Both the position numbers and the translations under genes were made by a program. The notes below the pieces were generated by a model. The model worked only from the letters and a program-made list of their open reading frames with translations. It was not told where the DNA came from and made no database searches. From NCBI GenBank assembly GCA_023213395.1, contig CM041465.1, forward strand, positions 76,825,741 through 76,889,740: a stretch of DNA of 64,000 nucleotides, given 5' to 3'. This document shows, in pieces, positions 54,199 to 64,000 of this stretch (positions are counted from its first letter, which is position 1; each line of letters begins with the position of its first letter). Source of the DNA: Cycas panzhihuaensis. Taxonomy: Eukaryota; Plantae; Cycadophyta.

Positions 54199-57100
54199 AT
54201 GTCGACCAACTTCAAGCGTAATGTGAACCAGTATGCTAAAAGGGAAGGAGAATTGGGATCTATGGTTCACGGAGTTAAGAACGCAGCCAAGTATGAGGGA
54301 CTCGGTTTGGACCACTTGAGCGAACCCCGATAGTACCGCAGAATCGACACCACACCACAGAGTGGTGGCACACCTCCAGCTCCTCCAGCTCATAATCTGC
54401 AACGGTGGATCATTGAAGACCAGAAGATCAAAGCAGGGATCCTGCTAGTTACAGATTACTCCTTGCACAACCTGATCGATGACACGCAAAGACGACATCG
54501 CCTTCAAGGTCCTCAAGTCCTCAAAAGAAACTTTGATACTCAATCAGACTTGCAGTTTGTTCGTATGGTATTGAAGATGAACAAGATGCGAAGGCAGAGA
54601 GGGCGAGCACATGCAACCATCAAGGCTCTTCACCCCATTAAATGTGCCATTGATAGGGATTTTAAGACCCAATGCATAACTTGGGCCTTCCTAATTCAAT
54701 CCAGTCTGCATGTTCCTGATTATAAGAACCTGCTAGGAAATCTTCATCATCCGCACATCAAGACCCTCAACTTCGAAGCATTAGCTGAGAAGTTTATTGA
54801 ACATGACAAGACCTTCACTACTAGCTTCCCACTTTCAGATTCAACTCCTAATGCAGCCTTTGAAGCTGACATGGACGAGGAAGTATACTACACCAAACAG
54901 CAAGGTCAATCTTCACGCAGAGGAAGAAGAGGTCGTGGAAGAGGCAGGGGAAAGCAACAGGGACAACCACATAGGCAACAACAAGGTCAGCAGCAAAATA
55001 GTAGTCAAAAGACTATCAATCAGAGACAGCCAAACAACAATGCTCCCACGTGTCAAAGGTGTAACAGGAAAGGACACCTTGCAAAAGATTGCCGCATTGA
55101 CTACAACAGATTGCCTCGTCATCAACAACAACAACATCAAGCCCACAATGTTGATGAGAGTCATGATGACTTATTTGCAGGAGCAAATCTCATTGAGGCA
55201 CGTATTCAACAAAGCAGGGAAGCATCCACTTCATCTATTGCTTCCGACCTAAGAGGTACATCGAGGCACCGTGGCACGACCATTTGTTAGCCTTGATTCG
55301 CCACTACCTCGACCACTTGACAGCAAATGTTGCATCAACATCATCATCGGGTTATGGACACAGAGCTACCCAAAGACATGACTTGTCACCGAGACTTCTT
55401 CGGGATTTTGATTCGAGAGGTCACCGGAGTAGTACACATGGTCGATAAGTCGACACAACTGCTCAAGGCATGGGCTCTATATGCTCAAGCTCCTGTGCCC
55501 CGCAATTTTACTTTAAAAGATGTCTTGTATATTCCCCATCTCAAAAAAAACCTTCGTCGTTATCCACACTTGTCTCCGTGGATTCGACACGAGTGTCATG
55601 ACTAATAATCAAGTTCTTAGTGTTATTCACCCGCCTTCATGTTCTGTGGTAATGACTGGGAAACTTGAAGGTAAGCTATTTAGACTGACTGGAACCACAT
55701 TGTCTTCTTCCGCATACCAAGTTGTTGCCCCATCTGTGTCGTGGAAGAACTTGCATATAATGTCACATTGACTCATTCCAAGCTGTCCCTAGAAGCTCTT
55801 TGGCATGCTCGCATGGGGCACGTCAAACTTGATCGGCTTAAGGAAATCTCTCATTCTACTGTGTCTACCTGATTTTCCTCTAAGCCATTCAAATGTGAAG
55901 CTTGCATTATTGCCAAATCCCACATACAGCCATTTCCCCAGAGTCAATGGAAAGCCACCAACCTCTTGAATTAGTACACTCAGACATTTGTGGGCCTATG
56001 CCTATCCCTTCTCTCATAGGGAAGAGGTACTATATTACATTTATTGATGACTTCACTCGAAAGGTATGGGTGACCTTTCTCAAATCAAAAGATGAAGCAT
56101 TCATGATTCAAGGCATTCAAGGCTCTCACGGAGAAGGAATCTCGGATATCAATCGAAGTGTCTCAGACCGACAATGGTGGCGAATACACTTCAAATGAAT
56201 TCAAGACTTCTTGTGTCGTGAGGATCAAGCATCAAACAACTATTGCGGTACCCTCACAGAATGGAGTTGCCGAAAGGGCTAATAGAACCATAATGAATAT
56301 GGCACCGGGCTATGCTTGTCTTCAAGAATGTGCTCGCATATCTTTGGGCCAAAGCTATTTATATTGCAGTCTACTGCATGAACAACATAAGTCCATCAAA
56401 GCTCGGACCGTCTCCAAATGAACGATGGACTGGACGGACCCCCACCGTCCATCACTTCAAAATTTTTGGCTCTACTTGTTATGCTCACATTCTTGATGAG
56501 CATAGAAATAAGCTCCAACCGCGAGCTTTAAAGGGCATCTTTGTTGGGTACCCCATGAACAAGAAAGGGTACAAGGTCTTCATTCCAACATTAAAGAAGA
56601 TCATTATCACTAGAGATGTGGTGTTTGCGGAGACAGAGGATCAACCACTTCAACTTGATTCTAAAGCACCATCTCATAGATACAACGATGTCCAGGAATA
56701 TGATGTACAGATTCCAACATTTGGGGGGGGAGACACTGAAGAAATACTCAAAATTTTGGAATCTGACAATAGAGCCCCGGAGCACACTATCCTTGACTCA
56801 GATCCTGTGCCAATGTGCGCCAACCCAGCGCCATCTTGGGAGAATAACTTGGAATTACCACGTCGAGCATCAAAAGGAAAAGGAGTTGCAGAAGAACCAC
56901 CTTCACCACCTTCAGTTGTAGGGCCGTCTTCTCCAACAATGTCATCAACCTCCGGACCATACATCTCCCATGATCCTTTTCAGGATCAAAATGAAGACCA
57001 GGATGTTGTGGAAATGAAAACCTCATTCCCAACCAAAGGTTTTCGAGAAGCCTACCAGTTGCACAAAGACTTGAGATCTGATGAGGTAGGCAAAACTGGC

Positions 57101-58720
57101 ACTCGAAGTAGTGCCTACAGAGCAAGGGAGCAAACATCACTTCCCATAGAGCTTGAACCAATGAATCGCACCTTGCTTCAAATGACGAGCCTCTATCATA
57201 CCAAGAAGTCATGGAAACACACAGTTTGGAGAAATGCCATGAATGAGGAATACCAATCCTTGATCAAGAGCGGTACATGGGAGCTCGTTGATCTGCCTTT
57301 GGGAAGGAAGGTAGTCAGAAACAAATGGGTGTTCAAAAATAAATACAGATCAGATGGCACCCTTGAAAAACACAAGGCGAGGCTGGTTGCAAAAGGATTC
57401 ACCCAAAGGGAAGGCATCGACTACGTAAGTCTTCGCACCAACTACCAAATGGCCCACAATCGAGAGCACTTGTGGCCTTGGCTGCTTCAACAGGGTTGGA
57501 AAATCCACCAACTCGATGTGAAAACTGCTTTTCTTAATGGAGATTTGGAAGAAGAAATCTACATGACACAGCCTGAAGGCTTTGAGATAGCAGTGACAGA
57601 GCGTAAAGTGTGTAGACCGAAAAGTCGTTATATGGCCTAAAACAAGCCCCTTGCGCTTGGTTCACCAAGTTGTCCAACAAAATGAGGCAACTTGGATATG
57701 AGGTATGTGACTATCAAGACGTTGATGCAACTTTGTTTATTAAGAGAGAAAAAGGCAAAGTCACATATCTCACGATCTTTGTGGACGACATGTCGATAAT
57801 CGGAAATAGTGAGCAAGATATCAAGAAATTAAAGATGGACTTGTCAAAATCCTTCGAACTGTCGACCTCGGACTAATGAGATATTACTTGGGAATTGAGG
57901 TAACTCAATGCAATGGAAAAATCTCTCTCTCCAAGGAAAATATATCAACGATCTTCTAATCAAGTTCGGATTAGAAGATGCCGTAATGATGTATACTCCA
58001 ATGGAGCCTAATGCCAAACTTTCCGATGAAGACACTCGAGAGGCGATGCAACACTCTATCGGCAACTTGTAGGTAGCCTCATTTATGTTACCAACACAAG
58101 GCCGATATTGCCCATGCCGTTGGTATTCTTGCCCGTCACATGACAACTCCAAAGCGTAACCATTGGCAAGCAAAGAATACGAGTGTTGAAGTACCTAAAG
58201 ACGACTGAAGAAACTTGGTTTGTTGTATGAGCACAACAATGATTTCGGACTTACAAAGATACGAGACTCGGATTTTGCGGTGACAAAATACAGAAAGATC
58301 AACGTCCGGGCACATCACATTTCTTGGAACTGCTCCAATTTCATGGCAGTCAAGGTGGCGTAAAATCACTACTGATTCTATCACTGGCCGAATACATAGC
58401 CGCTACGAGGCTAGCAAGGAGGTGATATGGCTTCGCAAATTATTACATACTTTGGATATCACCCGATAGGTCCAACGAGCTTACATGTGGACAATCGACA
58501 AGAATCCACATGGCCAAGAATCTGCTTTTCATGATCGTACAAAGCACATTTGTACAAAAGTCCACAGGATCCGGAACCGGTCCATGACGGCAGAATACAA
58601 TTGGAACACTGCCCCACAGCAGATCACGTGGCTGATATCTTCACCAAACAACTGCAAAGGGTGAAGTTTGAACAGCCCGACAGAAATTTCTACTTAGGGC
58701 CTCCATCTCCAACTAATTGA
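54199..58720 (+). pseudogene. C8 gag-pol, fragmented by many small deletions
   Basis: CCACCATG at 54199. gag ORF 54463-55290 with CQRCNRKGHLAKDC. Integrase and RT ORFs 55902-57640. FVDDM and ADIFTK. Collinear with the C7 protein. Confidence 0.93.
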
Positions 58721-59158
58721 AGGAGATGGTACAGTGACCAAAGATACTCTATCCCATTCGTGAAAACCCCTTGTGGGCGGAAGGATTAGAGTAAGTCTCG
58801 CTCTCCCATCCGTGAAAACCCCTCATGGGTGCAAAAGGAGTTGGGTTGTACTTGTTTCGAAAATCAGAACCTATGAAAACCCGAGCGGGCATGGGGGATG
58901 ACGAACGGTATATGGAGACTCGGCAGATCGTCGCACAACCAACTTGTACCGCTTGGCTATCTCGCTACACTCAAAGAGCCGCCTCGAGCCACTTCATAGA
59001 ATAGGAAGTCAAGTCCGTGGGTTTTATTCCCGAGGGTTTTCCCACAAAAGTGTCTTGTAGGTTGTAGATTTTTTTCTCAATGTAATAATCGGGCTATAAT
59101 GAAGACCTCATAGATTAGAATAGGATAAAGGAAAATGACCTTCGCCATTAAGGGGGAT

Positions 59159-59525
59159 TGTGACAATGTTAATGTCACATGGTCATTTCATGAAGTTAGA
59201 ATTAGATAAAGTCACTTTTATGTTTATAACTTTAGGATAAGGTGACTATGCCTAAGTCACTTAAGTGAAATGACATAAAGTTCATTTCATTGTAATTTCA
59301 TGTAATCTCATTTGAATGTCATTGGGAGGGAAAACTCAAATTCCAAACCCTAATGAGCATCCTCATTATATAAGCTGAAATTACATGGAGAGTGATCATA
59401 TTCTACACTTCTCCTCTTTGAGCTCAAGCTATTAGCATTCTCTTGTTGAGTACATTGTGCTTGCCTCCACTATTTGCCATTGTGTAGTGTTAGTGCACTA
59501 GATCCCTAGATCCATTCCCTCAACA
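59159..59525 (+). repeat. 3' LTR of C8
   Basis: Follows the PPT and is followed by TSD CTATA. Confidence 0.97.
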
Positions 59526-61954
59526 CTATATACCTCCTCCGAAGAAGCAAATGGTACGTGCGTATCCCACGACTATGACGGATATTAGACCGGGTTAATT
59601 TTAATCTTGCATTAAGGTTTTTAGTTTTCCCGAGTGGTTATTAGGATTATCCCTGATTGGAGGCCGTAGGTATGGCTAACCTGTCCCTCCACAACTAATC
59701 TGGTTAAGACCAGACCCAGTATGAAACTCACACCTCCCTTAGGGCCTGGACTTCGGCCAACCGTGGTCTATTTCAACCAAGGCGAGTGTACACACAAGTC
59801 AAGAACTGGCGGTATAGATCATACGGATGAGATTCCTTTTAGGAATAATATAAGTTATTTCCGAATAACTAAAAACTGAAATGAAAAGTTGTCAAATATG
59901 CTTGCTTTGTTGGTGTTGCTGCTTTTGTGATGATTTATGCTATGTGTACAAATAGAAAAGGCATGCTAGATTTAGCAGGAGAATCGAATGTTGCTTTCAA
60001 TCTAAGGTTTTCCTTGCTTTAATACAATGTTTCCAAATATGTTTTTGAAAATTTCAATACAAAAGCCACAATAGGCTAAAAAGAGGATCAACTTGCCACT
60101 AAAATACAGATTTTTCTAAATCTGTATGCATGCTATTTTGCCCTATTTTATGATTTTTTCACAAAATTTACAAATAATGATAAATTGGCATAATTTTTAA
60201 AAATTACAAATATGAAGGCCTAAATGATGGAATCTGAATTTATGACAGAAGGAAAAAGTGTTCAGAATGTTGTTTCTGATAGAGTAGTGAAGTCCGATTT
60301 CTAAAAAGGCATAAAAAAAAAATTCCTGAAAAAAACACAAAAGCAAAATCTTGCCAGATTCACTGTCTCAGAATCCAAACTCCAATATGTCAAAAGTTAT
60401 GTTTTGACACGTATATCAACTTTCCCTTCTGCACCATCTCCAAAATCAACAGAAAAATTGCCTGAAATGCCCTCAAAATGTCTTTTGTGGGGTTGAGTAG
60501 GCAAATTCAGCATCCGTGAGAAAACTGCATAGATCTTACTAACCAGTGAATGAAATTTGATGAGATTTGTCTTAAATTAATCCTAATACATAAATCTATC
60601 AGATCATTTAATAAAACTTTCATATTTTCATCTTATAGTTAAAGGACTTCATTGAAAAAAGTGCCTTAAATCACTTATCCACAAATTTTACTCTTTTATC
60701 TCAGCCAAAACTCGTTGTTGTAAGCTGAATCTAAAATTTTCTAGAAAACAAAAATGATCCTCTAGTCAAGGCAACCTTGCATGCCAAATTTCATCAAAAT
60801 CTGAGATGGTCAAATTTTTCATGAAATTTTAGGCCTTTGATATTTCCAGGATTGTTCCGGCAGCTGAACGGCTTCAAAAACCTATATTTTTCACCTCTGA
60901 AATTTTGCACACATAGAAAAAGCAATAACATACAAAGTACTATAATTTCAAGCTCTCAAAATGTTAGAAATGATTAATGCACTCTCAATACTTCACATTG
61001 AAGGTGAAGGAGAGGCAAAACTCTATGCAAGTGGAATGGAGTGAATAGATCCCCTTCTAGCTCTGATATCACATGAAGGAAGGATGGATCTAGAGAATAA
61101 ATCACTCACATACACACAATGGCAATGAAGAATGAAAAAGAGATGAAACAAGATATGAGAGCAAGCTTGGAGGTAAGAATGAATAATGACTCCCTCCTTG
61201 AGATTTCGCCTCATGAACCCGAAATTATATCTAAATGCACATAAAGTGCATTTCATTAAGAGACTAATGTTAATAATATATCCTAAGGTCACATAATTAA
61301 TCTACACAAATAACCTTGATACATTAACCTTTTTAACACTTGAATTTGCTGGTACTAACCTTGAATGGCTAGTGATTTTCACAATTTCTTCTCTCATTTC
61401 ATATTTTTGTTTGCATGCTTTGAGGTAATAGCCCTATCATGTTGGTTATGATGAGAATAGCCTCATAAGTTTGAACTTCATTCCTGTGTCTTTCGTTGAG
61501 TTGTTTTAAAACATCATGATTAAATCAACCACAATGTTAATGGAATCATCTTTAGTAGACTGACTCTTATATGCCCTTTTGGAATGGTCCTCAACAAAAT
61601 GGTCTTTAGTGGATTGGTCGTTGCTTTCCCTTTTTAGAACAATCCTTACCAAAATAGTCTTTGTCAAAGCAATCTATATGGAATTGTTTCCCATCAAAAT
61701 GGCTTCTATTGAAATGGCCTCTAGATAAAATAACATTTGTTCAAAGGATGACAAATGGCTTAGCATAGGCTATATATTAGACTTAGTCATTTATCTATCA
61801 TAAGATTAACATTATCATATTTTAATGTATCAAGTGATCTCAACACCAAAACTTTTTATTATTTTGGGTTCACAACACGTTTCAATACCAAGAGGTAATT
61901 TGCAACATGATATATTACGCTCAACAACTCATGTTTGAAAATTTATTTATTCAA

Positions 61955-62800
61955 GTTGTAATAGGGTTTCAACTTGCCAACATTAATTATTTTGGGTAGT
62001 TCTCCATCTAGCTCTCTTAACTAGATGGTGCTATTGCCATAAAGATTTTCAATCTCATAAGTTCTATTCCTTTGCATCCAAATGCATTTAGAATTTCATG
62101 TTGTACAATAGTGCTTGATCCTCTTTGTTGAGCCATGGCACCTTTATGGTGGTCATGCTAGGCATTTTGTCACTTTTTCCGAACTACTTGCATCCACACT
62201 AACATTGTGTGTTTCTCCTTGAGTTATATAAATAAACGTTCCAATGTTGATTCTTCATTATCGAGGTGGCACGCAAATACAATGCACAAAAGTCTCAAAC
62301 TCATGTGGAATCACTGCTTCCATGCCATACACTAACTAGAATGGAGTCTGACATGTGGCTCGCTTATAAGTTGTCCTAAAGGCCTATGGGATAGATGGAA
62401 AATTTTTAGCCCAATCCAGATGACACACATCACATATTTCGCACAAACAATTCTCAGTAATCTTATTTGAACTTTTTCCCTACCCCTTGGCACATGGGTA
62501 GTATGGTGTTGCCTTTTGGGGGTTGATTAAGAAGACTATCATTAATTCTCTTATTGCTTTGTTTAGGAAATGGTTACCTCGATCACTTGCCAGTCCGAGT
62601 GGGCATCCAAACCTGGTAAGAATTGCTTCATACAAAAAACTGGGTGGTGCTAACTACGTTTGCTTGTTGCAAGAGATGCACTACCACCCACTTCATCATA
62701 GAGTTTGTGGCCACTAGAAGATATCTTGCTTGTGGTCAATGTGGGGCTAAATGGATGGATTCCACAAAATCTAGACCCGATGAATGGGGCTTTAACTAAG
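61955..62800 (-). mobile_element. Ty3/gypsy (Athila/Tat-like) integrase remnant
   Basis: Minus translation: GLDFV..RYLLVAT; FLYEAILTRFGCPLGLASDRGNHFLN; TPYYP; AFRTTYK..TPF*LVYGMEAVIP; C-terminal INVGKLKPYY. Confidence 0.8.
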
Positions 62801-62992
62801 ACGGGGTTAAATGGTTGGAAGTTTGCATCTTAACCCTCTAACAATAATCACACTTCTCAACCCATTGCATCACTCTGTGGAATAGGTGGTCAATCATAAT
62901 CTGACATTTAATATCATTTTTGCTTTTATTGTTATTGCGTTCCAAATTAAGTGAAGTCAATTTTTAAGAGAATAAAGGAGTTATATATAAAT

Positions 62993-63050
62993 GTGTGTGT
63001 GTGTGTGTATATATATATATACATATAGATAGATAGATAGATAGATAGAG
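62993..63050. repeat. Compound microsatellite (TG)n(TA)n(GATA)n
   Basis: Directly visible. Confidence 0.95.
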
Positions 63051-64000
63051 ATTAAGAAGAGAGAAAAGTAGGGCTATAAATAGAGGAGCATTGTTCATTT
63101 CTAATCAATCTGTGAGAATTGATATTTGGATTTGGACTAATGGCCTAGATCTAGTAGGGCACTATTGTGCCATTTGGAAGGAAACCCTCGCCGTGAAGAG
63201 GGCAATGTACTGTTGAGATTTAATCTAATTATTATTCTATTTATTGTTACCAATCTAATATTATTCTGTGGAAAGCTATTATCTACTATTATATTGTGCA
63301 AATCTCTTATTACATATGTTGAAATGTTATTATATGATAGATATATGTTGTAAATGTTATTATTTTCTATCATAAATGCATGGGCATCAACACAATTAGT
63401 ACTAGAGTGAGGAAAAAAATTGTAATTGATCTATTGCTAGATTTGTACCATCCATAATGTTAGAGCTGCATCTTGTTCAATCTATCCCAAGCAACTTAGA
63501 AAAAAATTAGAGCCGCCAATAGCAATATTGGTCTCTCTTGCCATTTCAACTTGAAGAGTTGAGTTTGATGCATTGCTCATGAAGGCCATCTTGAAATTTG
63601 ATTGATCGTCATTTTTATCAGACGGAAGAAGTCACTCCTATTTCATAACTCCATGATCATCGTTGAATTGTATTCTATAGATGTGCAATTCACTTGTTGA
63701 TCATCATTGCCTTTGTGATTCGCTTGCGTGGAATTAGAGTGCCACCATTGGATTGTGTGCAATGGATTTATGTTGTATTTTGAAGAACAGAGGACAAGTA
63801 GCATGTAGATGTTTGTGTTGATTTGTTGAATAACCTTGAATCCTTCGATTACAAATCCGTGCTTTCCAACGTCTTTTTGAAACCATCATAATTGTTGAAC
63901 ATTTAAAGTGCTCGAAGAGGGTTTGCAAGTGGCCCTTTTGAAATCATCATTTTTAAGCACCAAAGACAGACAGATCGTAATTGTTGTTTCTGCTTTCATT

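Larger units (their letters stand above)
51697..59525 (+). mobile_element. Young Ty1/copia element C8 nested in the C7 leader, opposite orientation
   Basis: 367-bp LTRs at 51697-52063 and 59159-59525, differing at 2 positions by eye. Perfect PBS TGGTATCAGAGC at 52066. PPT AAGGGGGAT at 59150-59158. Perfect TSD CTATA. Confidence 0.97.
45959..61336 (-). mobile_element. Ty1/copia element C7 (outer element, hosts C8)
   Basis: 3' LTR 45959-46269 and 5' LTR 61074-61336. PBS (plus GCTCTGATATCA) at 61060-61071. PPT (plus TCTCCCCCCT) at 46271. Perfect TSD CACTT (45954-45958 and 61337-61341). Confidence 0.95.

Noticed and set aside
62940-64000. Possible solo LTR (CTATAAATAG near 63074) and coding remnant at 63400-64000
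   Set aside because: No termini, TSD or protein motif could be supported.

Overview
AT-rich land-plant nuclear DNA that is mostly transposable elements; the very long TE-filled intron hints at a fern, lycophyte or gymnosperm, but this is weak inference. The only intact host coding sequence is the last four exons (27742-29006, minus strand) of a sulfite-exporter TauE/SafE family gene. No upstream exon is visible, which implies an intron of more than 35 kb. Ty1/copia LTR retrotransposons were delimited by LTR, PBS, PPT and TSD: C1 (1-12275, its 5' LTR split by C2), C2 (3335-12037), a tandem pair of gag-protease units C3a/b (14899-19232), C4 (20288-25425), non-autonomous C5 (33189-37653), C6 (39603-45265), and C7 (45959-61336) with a very young relative, C8 (51697-59525), inserted head-to-head in its leader. 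Also present are an L1-like LINE interrupted by C5 and C6, two decayed Ty3/gypsy fragments and a hAT-type MITE. The most notable signals are a ~450-nt non-coding leader domain conserved between C7 and C8 with apparent stem-loop structure, a GAAAACCC/GGGTTTT motif set in their 3' UTRs, a deletion removing the TATA region from the C7 5' LTR, and near-identical C8 LTRs flanking a heavily frameshifted ORF (possibly an assembly artefact). All alignments were done by eye.
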